Below are positions 25,256-38,076 of a stretch of 64,000 nucleotides of DNA, piece by piece. This DNA comes from Mustelus asterias (Eukaryota), in NCBI RefSeq assembly GCF_964213995.1, contig NC_135823.1, forward strand, positions 68,324,001 through 68,388,000. The letters are read 5' to 3'. A model generated the notes under the pieces. The model was given only the letters and a program-made list of their open reading frames with translations, was not told the origin of the DNA and ran no database searches. Numbering within the stretch: the first letter of the stretch is position 1; each line of letters opens with the position of its first letter. The translations under genes were made by a program, and so were the position numbers.

Positions 25256-25530
25256 AAAGTTTATTTATTAGTCACAAGTAAGGCTTGCATTAACACTGCA
25301 ATGAAGTTACTGTGAAATTCCCCTCGTCCCCGCAGTCCGGCGCCTGTTCGGGTCAACGCATCTAACCCGCATGTCTTTCAGAATGTGAGAGGAAACCAGA
25401 GCACCCGGAGGAAACCCACGCGGACACGGGGAGAACGTGCAGACTCCACACAGACAGTGACCCAAGCCGGGAATCGAACCTGGGTCCCTGGTACTGTGAA
25501 GCAGCTGTGCTAACCACTGTGCTACCGGCC
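25256..25530 (-). mobile_element. V-SINE, type 2 tail
   Basis: Consensus match. Confidence 0.85.
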
Positions 25531-25754
25531 AGGGAGGTAGCATTCACTTATTTGCACACACCGCTTCACTGTAAAGCTTTTCAAAAACACTAGGAAATGT
25601 AAAGTAGCTTCTACTTGTAGTGGGACCTGCAAGGGCGGGGGGGCACTTGTTGTGGGGCATGGGGTGGGGTGCAAGGAGACTATTCTTAGATGTCGCTACA
25701 TAAATAATTGAATCAAATGGATGCGGCTCCAAGCGGACATTTATACATTTCATG

Positions 25755-27185
25755 TGTTACGATCCCAGTTGATGATTCTACTGGACAGTCAGATTCTGGC
25801 TCAACAGATAGTAAATTTTATTGTTTTATTTAGAGACGTGGATGAACAGAGTCGCAGGATTGCCAATTAACTTTTAGCAAAATAAAAAAAATTAAAACAA
25901 GTAAAGATTAAACATAATACACCATACTCCACATCAGCTATCTAAAGTTAAAGTTTATTTATTAGTATCACAAGTAGGCTTACATTAATACTGTAATGAA
26001 GTTACTGTGAAAATCCCCTAGTCGTCACACTCCGGTGCCTGTTCGGGTACACTGAGGGAGAATTTAGCATGGCCAATGCATCTAACCAGCACGTCTTTCA
26101 GACTGTGGGAGGAAAACGGAGCACCTGGAGGAAACTGGAGCACCCAGAGGAAACCCATGCAGACATAGGGAGAATTTGCAAACTCCACACAGACAGTCAC
26201 AGGCTATCTTTACAGATATACAAAGATTTGTAAGAATAACACAAGTTAAAAGCTATATCCTACACTCTACTGTACTCAGTAAGTATACAGTTCATGTAAA
26301 CCAACAGGTCAACTGTGTTCAGACACACTACACTGAAGCCAAGTGGCAGATGTCACCCCGAACAATTCCTGTGGATTTCTCATCAAATCCCCCCAGATGC
26401 TTGTCACACCATGAGCCAAATGGTCTCACTGCAATTCTGACTTCCACACAGGAGTTTCCAAACTTCACTCTGGCAGACCATGCTTGAAATCTCCCTCCAA
26501 ATGAAGTTTTCTCATGGATGCCTTCAACAAGGATCTGCCTCCAGGATTTCAATCTCTTTTGATATTCCTCTGCCTTGGATTGTCATGTGCATTCAAACTG
26601 CTACGCAATATCTCAGGTACTCAGTCATGCCAACAGAACACTGCTGCTTCACAGGCTGTATTGAGGTGTCACCAAACTTTTGAGTTACCTTGATGTCTGA
26701 CTGCTCACCTAAACAAATTCAATTCAGGTCCTTGCAGCTGTATCTAGAACTAACAGCACTTTCTCTGCTTTTCACTTGAATTCTCCTGAACAGGACCTTG
26801 TGTCACTTCTTGTTCTTTGTTCCTTTAACTTAACTGCCTTTTGGAGACATATCTTTTGTTCCAACTTCCTTTTGTTCTTCTGAGAAGTCTGTTCCCTGGA
26901 GCCTCCTTGCTCTGTCCAGTTTTGCTTGGTTCCAGTTTACAGCTAACTCAAAAGTTCTTTATATCCTTGAGCAGCCCCTGGTTGCTAAGCAACAACCTAG
27001 TTTTCCTTTAAGTCCTGTTTACTTTCACGCCATAAACCTTTATTACCATGCATGCATCTAAACCAAACTAAAGTCATTATCCCTTTCACAGAAACATAAA
27101 ATTAAACTTACTAAAAGCTATACCCTATTTCCAATACCCACTAATATAAATGTAAATTATTTAAAACTGCCCCTGTAGCCTGACA
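25755..27185 (-). mobile_element. Candidate solo LTR (about 1.2 kb) with nested V-SINE (25945-26200)
   Basis: TGTTA...TGACA termini, flanks catg / cgtg (possible 4-bp TSD with one transition), minus-strand TATAAAG at about 26957-26963. Confidence 0.45.
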
Positions 27186-27238
27186 CGTGTAGGAGGAAAT
27201 TCAGAACAAAAGTTAAAATAAGTTTCTTATAAGACATT

Positions 27239-27392
27239 GGGCCGAATTTTCTGGCCCTTCCGACTGGCAGGATCTTCTGTTCCTGTCAAAAGTGCCTCCC
27301 TCCCCACGTTCCCAGCAGTAGGTTCCTCGGTGGCAGGGGTGAGTGATCCATGCAAAACACTGTAGACTTTGGCGGGACCAGAAAATCCCAGC
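27239..27392. mobile_element. MITE (Harbinger-like)
   Basis: TIRs gggccgaattttctggccc / gggaccagaaaatcccagc. Confidence 0.6.
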
Positions 27393-27397
27393 TATCA

Positions 27398-27800
27398 AAG
27401 AACAAAGAGCAAAGGGAACAAAGAACAGTACAGCACAGGAACAGGCCCTTCGGTCCTCCAAGCTTGCGCCAATTATGATGCCCTAACTAAACTAAAACCG
27501 CATGCACTTACAGAGTCCGTATCCTTCCATTCCCATCCTATTCATGTTTTCATCTAGTTGCCCCTTAAATGCCCCTTAAATGCTGCTCCCACCACCTCCC
27601 TGGGCAGCGCCTTCCAGACATTCACCTCCCTCTGTGTAAAAAAACTTGCCTCGCACATCTCCTCTAAACTTTTCCCCACGAATCTTAAACCTATGTCCCC
27701 TAGTACTTGACTTTTCTATCCTTGGAAAGAGCATCTGACTATCTACTCATAATCTTGTAAACCTCTATCAGGTCGCCCCCTCAACCTCCGTCATTCCTGT
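27398..27800 (-). mobile_element. CR1 3' fragment
   Basis: (aaagaac)n tail plus reverse-complement FFTQR motif. Confidence 0.75.
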
Positions 27801-28436
27801 GAGTCATTAATCATTCCGAAATGCAGAGATGTCAATCAATCTCTTCCACTGAATATAGGTATGGTCAAACAGTAATTAGGTCAAATTGAACGAGGAAACT
27901 AATAGCGAAGAGTGGAGATATAAATATTTGTCTCCAATAATTTTATAAATGAAGATATGTAGTGTGTTTAGCAATATTACAATTTCTCAACAAGAGTACA
28001 AAAAATGTTGAATGCTCTTAAACTGAAACAAACCTCTTCTTGCGTTGCTATCTCCAGAAAAATATTCCCATAGCTGCACCGTATTTTGCGCCCTTGTACT
28101 TACACTCAATAAATTGTTTGTAGTCTGTTTCTGCTTTATTATTTCACTCTTTCTCAGCATTTTAAGTGATTGCTACTTGTTTAAACTTTAATTACTTGAA
28201 ATGTGCAATAGCTGGCTCTGAGTGTGTTAGAGAACTCAAACATCTCCAGAATTTCACAGGATATCAAACTGAAAGAGCTGTGGTTTGTTAGTTAAGTCAC
28301 AAGACTTCACAACACTTGCTTTATAAGTAATATTCCAACTTCAAACATTTACACCATTTAAAACAAAACTGATCTTTTCCCCTTGTTAGATTGCATGTTA
28401 TATTTGAGCAACAGTCGTAGCATGCACTAAGTCAAA

Positions 28437-29118
28437 GAATCCCTACAGTGCAGAAGGAGACCATTCGGCCCATCGAGTCTGCACTGACCATAATGCCACC
28501 CAGGCCCTATCCCCACAACCCCATGCATTTACCCTAGCTAGTCCCCCTGACACGAAGGAGCAATAAGGGGCACCAAGAGTCTCCCATCCATTGACTCTGT
28601 CTACACTTCCCGCTGCCTCGGCAAAGCAGCCAGCATAATTAAGGACCCCACGCACCCCGGACATTCTCTCTTCCGTCTTCTTCCTTCGGGAAAAAGATAC
28701 AAAAGTCTGAGATCACGCACCAACCGACTCAAGAACAGCTTCTTCCCTGCTGCTGTCAGACTTCTGAATGGACTTATCTTGCATTAAGCTGATCTTTCTC
28801 TACACCCTAGCTATGACTGTAACACTACATTCTGCACTCTCTCCTTTCCTTCTCTTTGAATGGTATGTTTTGTCTGTATAGCACGCAAGAAACAATACTT
28901 TTCACTCTATGTTAATACATGTGACAATAATAAATCAAATCAAATCAAAATTTAACATGGTCAATCAACCTAACCCACACATCTTTGGACCATGGGAGGA
29001 AACCCATGCAGACACGGGGAAAATGTGCAAACTCCACACAGACCCAAGCTGGGAATTGAACCCGGGTCCCTGGCGCTGTGAGACAGCAGTGCTAACCACT
29101 GTGCCACCATGCTGCCCC
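28437..29118 (-). mobile_element. HE1-like V-SINE with nested Rex1 3' fragment (+, about 28578-28949)
   Basis: The SINE resumes (tttaacatggtcaatcaacctaacc) after the Rex1 (aaatc)n tail. Confidence 0.8.
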
Positions 29119-29179
29119 TGATCATCAAGATGATGATAACATTGATAAAAGAGACAGAATTACTTATATTCAATAGAAA

Positions 29180-29590
29180 GGATATTCACTGGGCCTCCTG
29201 AACAATGCAGACAACGGAAGTGTTGTTTGTGAACACCAACAGTCTCTGGAATGATATGTCTGGTAGCAGCATGGCTCTCACAGTGGGCTAGCTCTGCAGC
29301 TGTGCCCAGGTTTCTGCCAGTCATGAGCTTTGTCAGGAGGGGATATTCCTTGTCGCCAAGCCTGGCTTCAATTAAGGCAGCACAATGGAATGGGCAAGAT
29401 GCATCATTCATGACTGTCACCAGGAAACAGGAAACAAGGCTCGTATGATAAGCTGCCTGTGGTTGTAAATTGGGAATTCAGCAAGTGTAACCCCCTTCCC
29501 TTTGGGAAAAATGCCAGAATGGTGATGAAGAGCACACAAGGCAAGTTAGGTGTAGTCAATGACACCTTGAACTCTGAACAATAGTGCAAT
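29180..29590 (-). pseudogene. Harbinger (HARBI1-like) DDE transposase relic
   Basis: Reverse translation across frameshifts: FRVQGVIDYT*LAL...FPKGKG.LHLLNSQ...FPGDSHE...LGDKEYPLLTKLMT..N..TAAE....SHAATR....TVGVHKQHFRCLHCSGG; collinear with HARBI1 catalytic motifs. Confidence 0.8.
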
Positions 29591-29712
29591 ACAGGGTAGT
29601 CTAGGCTAGTCCAGTGCTTCCCAAACCTTTCCCTGATGAGACCTCATTTTAATGCTGGTGTGGTCCCAGAGTTAGTGAGCAGGGATTCAAATGAAACAAA
29701 ACTAAAGGATAA

Positions 29713-29948
29713 TGTAATGACCTCATCAAGGACCATGAGATTGGCCTCTTGGAGTATGAGCTCCCTGATTGAGGTAATAATTGTCTGTCCAATCAGGGAG
29801 TCTCAGCTGTGTATACATATTGAGGAGTGTCAGGGTTTCTGACACTCCGGATTCTGACTTTGTACCTGGAGCACTCTTAGGAGTGGAATCGAGTTTGTAA
29901 ATAAAGGGAGTCTGGTGAAGGGACATCGGCCTCTGAGGAGATATAACA
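29713..29948 (+). mobile_element. Candidate short solo LTR
   Basis: TGTAA...TAACA termini, CCAAT box, AATAAA at about 29900; no clear TSD. Confidence 0.45.
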
Positions 29949-30326
29949 ACCTTCACCACCGTGTTGTTAAATTAAAGGGCATTGGCCCTATTCTACACTA
30001 GGATGAAACACTACATGGGCATGCATGTTGCACCGCAGTCCTTAAAAGTCTGGCAGCGCGGTAGATAGTGTACAACTGCAAACAACAATTGCAAAGGAGT
30101 CAGAGAGCTTGCTGCTGGAGGTGGAAGCTCTGAAACTACTTATCAAATGACTTCCAGCCTGTTCAGCTTCAGATTAGAGACACACCATGCCAATGAGACT
30201 TACGTACGTTTTACACATGTAGAGGTTCGTTCCTGTCCTCAGAGTGAACATTTTAAATATTTCGGCTGCCTATCTTGAAGCTAATGGAAAAACCTGGCCC
30301 AATATGGCATAATGATAACTTCTGGC

Positions 30327-30790
30327 ATCAAACAAGGGCCATAATTCTCCAGCAGTTCATGCCAGCAGGATTTTACGGTCCTGCCCATGATGCATACCAG
30401 CCGCAGGTTTCCTGACAGTGTGGGGTGCAGGCAAGAGGAAGTCCCATTGACAGCGGCGGGACGGGAAGATCCCACCACTGGCACGCCACCTCCTGATGTG
30501 AGAAACACACTGCAGGGAGGGTTCGATTCCCGGCTTGGGTGACTGTGCGGAGTCTGTACATTCTTCCTGAGTCTGCATAAGTTTCCTCTGGTTTCCCCCC
30601 CCCCACCCCCACCTCCCCCAACAGTCCAAAAGACGTGATGGTTAGGGTGCATTGGCCACGCTAAATTCTCCCTCAGTGTACCCGAACAGGCACCGGAGTA
30701 TGGCGACTAGGGGGATTTTCATGGTAACTTCATTGCAGGGTTAATGTAAGCCTACTTGTGACAAGAATAAATAAACTTTTAAACTTTTAA
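30327..30790 (+). mobile_element. MITE fragment fused to a 5'-truncated V-SINE type 2 (30519-30790)
   Basis: TIR-like gggccataattctcc and cccattgacagcggcggga, then the SINE from its B-box onward. Confidence 0.65.
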
Positions 30791-31476
30791 AAAATTACTT
30801 CTTAATTTTTGAACGACTACAGCACCTTTATTACTTCAAGAATATATTAGTATGCTCAAAAGATTATTGCTTACAATCAGATCTGGTCTCCAAAGTGGGT
30901 TATGTAAGCCTTCCTCATGACTTTCATTCCCATTGAAGGTCCTATTAATACTACGCTTGACCTATAAAATATTATATTCTAATTTACATGTGCTAAGTTG
31001 TGCTATTTAGAGTGGAAAACAAACTATGCATGTCAGTACTGCCTGGAAGGTCATTTAGGGCAGGATATGTGGAATTATGGCTCTTTCCCAGGAACTGTTG
31101 ATGAGTGTAGCTGGAAGGACCGTCAAGGGGCTAAACAAGCTCTGGATGTAGGCTGCTGTGTTTGAGGAGTTGTATTTCAGACAATGTCAAGAAAATAATT
31201 TGGAATTTGACACTTGGATTGTGATTTTCTTGCCTGAGAAGCAACCCGGCCTTAAGGCATTAGAACTTAAGCTCCCGGCACCAGCACTGCTGGAAATCCG
31301 TTTTCCCTCAAAAATAAAATGTGAACCACAGTATGTGGCTAGTAAGCTAAAGCTTATAGTACCAGTGAGCTTAGTCACAATCAGTCTTGTTCACATTATT
31401 GCCTGCAGAAAATATAGGACTGTTACACTTATTAATGCGAAGGCCTTTTTGACTTAAAATTATTTTAGACTCTAAG

Positions 31477-32435
31477 ACCATAAGACATAGGAGCAGAATT
31501 AGGCCACTCGGCCCATCGAGTCTGCTCCGCCATTCAATCATGGCTGATATTTTTCTCATTCCCAGTCTCCTGCCTTTTCCCCATAACCCCTGATCCCCTT
31601 ACTAATCAAGAACCTATCTATCTCTGTCTTAAAGACACTCAATGACCTGGCCTCCACAGCCCACTGTGGCAATGAGTTCCATAGATTCACTACTCTCTGG
31701 CTGAAGAAATTCCTCTTCATCTCTGTTTTAAAGGATCGTCTCTTTAGCCTGAGGTTGTGTCCTCTGGTTCTAGTTTTTCCTACTAGTGGAAACATCCTTT
31801 CCGTGTCCACTCTATCCAGGCCTCGCAGTATTCTGTAAGTTTCAATAAGATCCCCCCTCATCTTTCTAAACTCCAACAAGTACAGACCCAGAGTCCTCAA
31901 CCATTCTTCATACGACAAGCTCTTCATTCCAGGGATCATTCTTGTGAACCCCCTCTGGACCCTTTTCAAGGCCAGCACATCCTTCCTTAGATATGGGGCC
32001 CAAAACTGCTCACATTACTCCAAATGGGCCTTATACAATCTCAGAAGTACATCCCTGCTCTTGTATTCTAGTCCTCTCGACATGAATGCTAACATTGCAT
32101 TTGCCTTCCTAACTGCCGACTGAACCTGCACGTTAACCTTAAGAGAATCTTGAACAAGGACTCCCAAGTCCCTTTGTGTTTCTGATTTCCTAAGCATTTT
32201 CCCATTTCGAAAATAGACTATGCCTCCATTCCTCCTTCCAAAGTGCATAACCTCACACTTTTCCACATGGTGTTCCATCTGCCACTTCTTTGCCCACTCT
32301 CCTAACCTGTCCAAGTCCTTCTGCAGCCCCCCTGCTTCCTCAATACTACCTGCCCCTCTACATATCTTTGTATTATCTGCAAACTTAGCAACAGTGTCTT
32401 CAGTTCCTTCCTCCAAATCGTTAATGTATATTGTG
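31477..32435 (-). mobile_element. CR1 LINE (HER1-like) 3' 1 kb, RT C-terminal half
   Basis: ORFs 32015..32545 (YINDL...KFADNTK...WQM) and 31556..31978. Confidence 0.92.
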
Positions 32436-32530
32436 ATTTTGCATGTATTTTGTATGCATTTTGTATGTATTTTGAACTTAAATGAATAGCTTTGCAAGGT
32501 AGTGTGATAGTTAATGCTGTTAGGAGTTTT

Positions 32531-32722
32531 AGTAAGAAGTCTCACAATACCAGGTTAAAGTCCAACAGGTTTATTTGGTAGCACAAGCTTTTGGGGCACT
32601 GCTCCTTCATCAGGTGAGTCAGGATTTGCCGGAGTGTGGCAACTAGGGGATTTTCACAGTCACTTCATTGCAGTGTTAATGTAAGCCTACCAGTGACACC
32701 AATAAATAAAACTTTAAACTTT
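32531..32722. mobile_element. PLE family 1 terminus (-, decayed hammerhead 32582-32616) joined to a V-SINE type 2 tail (+)
   Basis: gtaagaagtctcacaataccagg...ccttcatcaggtgag, then gccggagtgtggcaactagggg... Confidence 0.7.
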
Positions 32723-33749
32723 AAAAAAAACTCTCTCTGTTCCAGTATTTTATGCTTTGAGTCCACCGGCACAAGGCAGCAATTTTCCACCGTGTTGGAT
32801 ATACATTTGACAGACAGTGTTAGATTGCTGGACTAATTCAGGCCATCACTGACTAGAGATCAGGCAGAGACTGATGTGGGACATTGTCTGATGGGCTGTG
32901 CCCTTAAGAATCACAGAGGGATCCAGAACAAGTCAGCAAGTTACTCCATAACAGGTATTGTAATATTGGTTCTTCTTTTTTTCTGGTGAGGTGGCAGAGG
33001 GAATATGGGGAAAAGATTAATCAGATAATCCAGAAGGAGCTTTACACCACTTTATTTAGTTTTCACTCCAATCCATTAGTTTAAATGAAGAACATCATGT
33101 AAAATCTGTGGTGTAACATACATTTAGAATTGGTTTAAAGCTGCACAGATTTCACAGAAAGACTGTGCGATCACAGTGCATGACATTACATGGCACATTA
33201 CTATTCTGATTCTTCCCAAATGGGTTTGCCAAGCACTTTTTGTGAAGTTTGTGCCCTTTAGAAAACAGCCTGTGCAGGCAAATGCAAAATTATGCTCCTG
33301 ATCAAATCCCCGACACTTTGCCAAGTTAGAATACAGAAATGATAAACTTTGAGATAATTCATTTGAATATTCAAAGCTCTGTAACCACAGCAATACATGT
33401 GAGCACAGATACTGTCAGTAATGATTATCCAAAACTACTCAGCAATTCATGGGTTCTGAAGTTCACATAGCTCCCACCAGCGGAATGCACATTTAATAAC
33501 TGCTGTACAGTGTCTGAGCTAAAGTGCACAATAGCATGCAGGCAAGATTGCCATTCACTTCACGTGTGCTCTGTTCAAAGGCAGGTCCGCGGTTCAATGT
33601 CTACTATTAATACTTCATCCTGAGCTGTTTTCTTGGCAGTTTTTTCAGTGGTGGTTTTCTATTGCTTTCTACTCCTCGACTAAGTCCACCTGAGCTGGAG
33701 ATTACAGCACACTGCCATCTGCAGACAGTCTGCAATGTAGAGAGGGCCG

Positions 33750-34910
33750 TGCCAGTCTGGATCCTTCCAGGTTAGTGCAGGTGGCAAGAATGGTATCATT
33801 TATTTTGAGTTCAATGAATCAAACTGATAGCTAATACATTATTCAACAATCCAACACCTTATCTTCTTTTTCCAACAACATGCAACACATTTTGGTCTCC
33901 TTACTTGAGAAAGGATATACTGGCACTGAAGGGGGTGCAGAAGAGATTCACTAGGTTGATTCCAGGGTTGAGAGGCAGGTGCAGCAGGTAATTAAGAAGG
34001 CAAATGGAATTTTGTTCTTCATTGCCAGAAGGATGGAGTTTAAAAACAGTGAAGTTATGTTGCAGCTGTATAAGGTGCTGGTGAGGCCACACCTGGATTA
34101 CTGTGTACAGTTTTGGTCTCCTCTCAGGATATACTGGCACTGGAGGGGGTGCAGAGGAGATTCACTAGGTTGATTCTGGAATTGAGAGAGTTGGCTTATG
34201 AGGAGAGACTGAGTAAACTGGGGCTATACTCATTGGAATTCAGAAGAATGAGGGAGGAATCTTATAGAAACATATAAAATTATGAAGGGAATAGATCAGA
34301 TAGAAGCAGGGAGGTTGTTTCCACTGGCAGGTGAAACTAGAACTAGGGGGCATAGCCTCAAAATAAGGGGGAGCAGATTTAGGGCTGAGTTGAGGAAGAA
34401 CTTCTTCATCCAAGGGGTTGTGAATCTGTGGAATTCCCTGCCCAGTGAAGCAGTTGAGGCTACCTCATTGAATGTTTTAAGGCAAAGAAAGACAGGTTTT
34501 TGAACAATAAGGAAATTAATGGTTATGGTGAGCAGGCAGGTAAGTGGAGCTGAGTCCACGAAAAGATCAGCTCTGGTCTTATTGAATGGCGGAGCAGGCT
34601 CGAGGGGCCAGATGGCCTACTCCTGCTCCTAGTTCTTATTTCCTTAGGACAAACATGACAGTGCTGCCCCAGTTTTGAAACTGGAATTCCAAGAATATGG
34701 GGGCGATTGATGGCACTCTTGAGGATATCTAGCTGCAAGCTTTATCCAGGAACAGAACTCTTCATTGGCACGCAGTTCGTCAGTGATAACCAGCACCATA
34801 TTGAGCAGATTCCTGGCTGCATGTTGGGCTTAAGAGGTCTGGAGACCAGAGAATAAATTTTGATGAGGAGACAGTTGATGTCGTGGTATTAGGACGATAA
34901 AAGTATAGGA
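33750..34910 (+). pseudogene. Highly decayed Harbinger transposase relic interrupted by CR1
   Basis: SGSFQVSAGGKNGI at about 33756; after the CR1: GIPRIWG/AIDGT (about 34683), TQFVSDNQHHI and ..DKSY, in HARBI1 motif order. Confidence 0.5.
33892..34640 (+). mobile_element. CR1 3' fragment
   Basis: QQVIKKANGILFFI...RPHLDYCVQFWSP and RTRGHSLKIRG; complete tail. Confidence 0.9.
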
Positions 34911-34982
34911 TGTTTAAAAAGATTCACATTTCCTACATGGGCAGCAGCCATGTTGTAACAATCAACTGTAGCAGGTGTGAGG

Positions 34983-35783
34983 ATCATAGAATCCCACAGT
35001 GCAGAAGGCCATTCGACCCATCGAGTCTGCACCAACCACAATCCACCCAGGCCCTATCCCCATAACTCCATGTATCCACCCTAGTTAGTCCCCCTGACAC
35101 TTAGAGGCAATTTAGAATTGCCAATCCATCAAACACGCGCATCTTTCGAACTGTGGGAAGAAACCGGAGCATCCGGAGGAAACCCACGCAGACACGGGGA
35201 GAACGTGCAGATTCCGCACAGATCCAAGCTGGGAATTGAACCCGGGTTTCTGGCGCTGTGAGGCAGCAGTGCTAACCACTGTGCCACCGTGTCGCCCGGG
35301 TCCCTGGCGCTGTGAGGCAGCAGTGCTAACCACTGTGCCACCGTGTCGCCCGGGTCCCTGGCGCTGTGAGGCAGCAGTGCTAACCACTGTGCCACCGTGT
35401 CTCGCGGGTCCCTGGCGCTGTGAGGCAGCAGTGCTAACCACTGTGCCACCGTGTCGCCCGGGTCCCTGGCGCTGTGAGGCAGCAGTGCTAACCACTGTGC
35501 CACCGTGTCGCCCGGGTCCCTGGCGCTGTGAGGCAGCAGTGCTAACCACTGTGCCACCGTGTCGCCCGGGTCCCTGGCGCTGTGAGGCAGCAGTGCTAAC
35601 CACTGTGCCACCGTGTCGCCCGGGTCCCTGACGCTGTGAGGCAGCAGTGCGAACCACTGTGCCACCGTGTCGCCCGGGTCCCTGACGCTGTGAGGCAGCA
35701 GTGCTAACCACTGTGCCACCGTGTCGCCCGGGTCCCTGACGCTGTGAGGCAGCAGTGCGAACCACTGTGCCACCGTGTCGCCC
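34983..35783 (-). mobile_element. HE1-like V-SINE with tandemly amplified head
   Basis: Normal body at 34983-35243, preceded (on the minus strand) by about 10 head copies. Confidence 0.88.
35244..35783 (-). repeat. 54-bp minisatellite, about 10 copies, derived from the SINE tRNA head
   Basis: Unit gggtccctggcgctgtgaggcagcagtgctaaccactgtgccaccgtgtcgccc. Confidence 0.93.
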
Positions 35784-35869
35784 TAGAAGGAAACTAGAAA
35801 GATGATCTGTGCAACACCACAGGTTACCATTTCAGCCAGGCTTGTGGCAGTCAGGCCCATGCAACAACT

Positions 35870-36113
35870 ACATAAGAACTAGGAGCAGGAGGAGGCCATC
35901 TGGCCCCTCGAGCCTGCTCCACCATTCAATAAGGTCATGGCTGATCTTTTTGTGGACTCACTTATTCGCCCGCTCACCATAACCCTTAATTCCTTTACTG
36001 TTCAAAAATGTATCTATCCTTGCCTTATAAACATTCAACGAGGTAGCCTCAACTGCTTCACTGGGCAGAGAATTCCACAGATTCACATCCCTTTGTGTGA
36101 AGAAGTTCCTCCT
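35870..36113 (-). mobile_element. CR1 3' end
   Basis: Same tail family as 34300-34640. Confidence 0.8.
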
Positions 36114-36614
36114 CTAGGATCAATACTGAACTTATCATTGTATCTAACAGCTATAGTTCACATATCTGAATAGATGGAGTATTCCAGAGTCCAGACCTTA
36201 CACCCCACACCAAACTCCAAAACCATCATTACCGCAGGATACTTTGCTATTGTAAAAGAATAAGTCTAGCCCTGGAGGAAGAGTATCATTCAGAAACAAG
36301 GCTAGAACACAATGCAACAGTAATGATATAGCTCAGAAACTCCAACACAGGAAGACGACTGGCGCTGCAGAGGGTCATTCGAGTTCACCTTTAAAAGAAC
36401 ATTCCTCTACACAAATAACCAAGTCAAAGTGCCCACCTCGAGTACTTGGCAGACATCTTTCTCTTGTGCCCAAAGCAAAAATCCTTCTGCCCACATTTCA
36501 CCTGAACCAAACCTTGAACTCATATATAAAGCAATTTGAGGTGGTTTGCCTCAGGTGAACAAAAAAAGTTGAGTTAACTTCAATAGCTGAGTCAAGAGTA
36601 ACTGTTCAGTTGAT

Positions 36615-37050
36615 AGTGTGTGTGTATGAGTGTATGTGTGAGAGTGAGTGCGAGTGTGAGTGAGTGTATGGGTGTGTGTGTATGTGTGAGTGCGTGTGAG
36701 TGCGTGTGAGNNNNNNNNNNNNNNNNNNNNNNNNNNNNNNNNNNNNNNNNNNNNNNNNNNNNNNNNNNNNNNNNNNNNNNNNNNNNNNNNNNNNNNNNNN
36801 NNNNNNNNNNNNNNNNNNNNNNNNNNNNNNNNNNNNNNNNNNNNNNNNNNTGAGTGTGTTAGTGTGAGTGTGCGCGCGAGAGAGGACAGTGTGTGTGTGT
36901 GTGATTGTGTGTGTGACTGTGAGTGTGACTGTGAGTGTGTGAGTGTGTGACTGTGTGTGTGACTGTGTGTGTCTGTGTGTGTGAGAGCATGAGTGTGTGT
37001 GTGTGTGACTGTGCGTATGTGACTGTGTGTGTGAGCGTGAGTGCGTGTGG
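36615..37050. repeat. Degenerate (TG/GAGT)n microsatellite containing an assembly gap (N at 36711-36850)
   Basis: Directly visible. Confidence 0.95.
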
Positions 37051-37119
37051 GGGAGGGAGTGGCTAACATTTATGCATTGCACAAGCTGCAGTCTGAACTC
37101 ATGGTGGAGACCCTTTACT

Positions 37120-37500
37120 GGGACGGCACGGTGGCACAGTGGTTAGCACTGCTACCTCACAGCAAGAAGTCTCACAACACCAGGTTAAAGTCCAACAGGT
37201 TTATTTGGTAGCAAATTTGGCACCTCACAGCGCCAGGGATCCGGGTTTGATTCCCGGCTTGGGTCACTGTCTGTGTGGAGTCTGCACGTTCTCCCCGTGT
37301 CTGCGTGGGTTTCCTCCCACAATCCGAAAGACGTGCTGATTAGATGCATTGGCTGTGCTAAATTCTCCCTCAGTGTACCCGAACAGGCGCCAGAGTGTGG
37401 CGACGAGGAGGTTTTCACAGTAACTTCATTGCAGTGTTAATGTAAGCCAACTTGTGACACTAATAAACTTTAAAAGCTTAAACTTTAAAAGCTTAAACTT
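37120..37500 (+). mobile_element. V-SINE type 2 with a 50-bp PLE-end insertion (about 37164-37213)
   Basis: aagaagtctcacaacaccaggttaaagtccaacaggtttatttggtagca between duplicated acctcacagc. Confidence 0.8.
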
Positions 37501-38076
37501 TATTGCTTCTTATGATTATCATGTTTGCTTGGTTTTGCTTGTGCTTAGTGTTTCAGCTTCATACTTGATGAATCTGTAGTTCTTCAGTGCAGGAATGTTG
37601 CAATGTCTTTACAGCCTACCCCATCATTTTATTCACATCTTTTGGTGTTTTTCTATGTGTCTGTTTGATCTTGCTGATGATCTTTAATATCGACAAACTC
37701 TTTTCCATGAAGCAACTTGCAGATCATTGAACACATTGGTTGATGTAATGGGTGGTTCTCTCTCTTCTAGTTTTCCAATATTGATAAAATGTCTGTTTAT
37801 CGCTCAGGCTTCAATCCTGATGAAGGCCACACACCAAAACTGTCATAATCTGCCTTTTCTTTTCTGATACGCTGTCTGACCTGTCATGCATATTACTGCC
37901 TTCTTTGCAGAATTCCAATATTTTTAGCTCCTTTATATTTCACTCTGGTTAGATCCTATGCCAAAAAATCAGGTTCACCAAGAAGTTAAATTAAACATGA
38001 CCAAGGAGAGCTAAGAAAACAGTAGCTTTCAGTTAAAGACTGCCTGATTCCTCACCAGTACCTTTTTCAAAATATC

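Noticed and set aside
35112-35773. 217-aa and 214-aa repetitive ORFs, and a CRISPR-like appearance
   Set aside because: Pure head-to-tail 54-bp SINE-head repeats with no unique spacers and no cas genes in a eukaryotic context; the ORFs follow from a stop-free unit whose length is divisible by 3.
36551-37082. His/Thr-rich ORFs
   Set aside because: Microsatellite plus N gap.
37815-37900. cctgatgaaggccacacaccaaaac, a possible further hammerhead/PLE end
   Set aside because: Too degenerate (no GAAA, poor stem II) to call.
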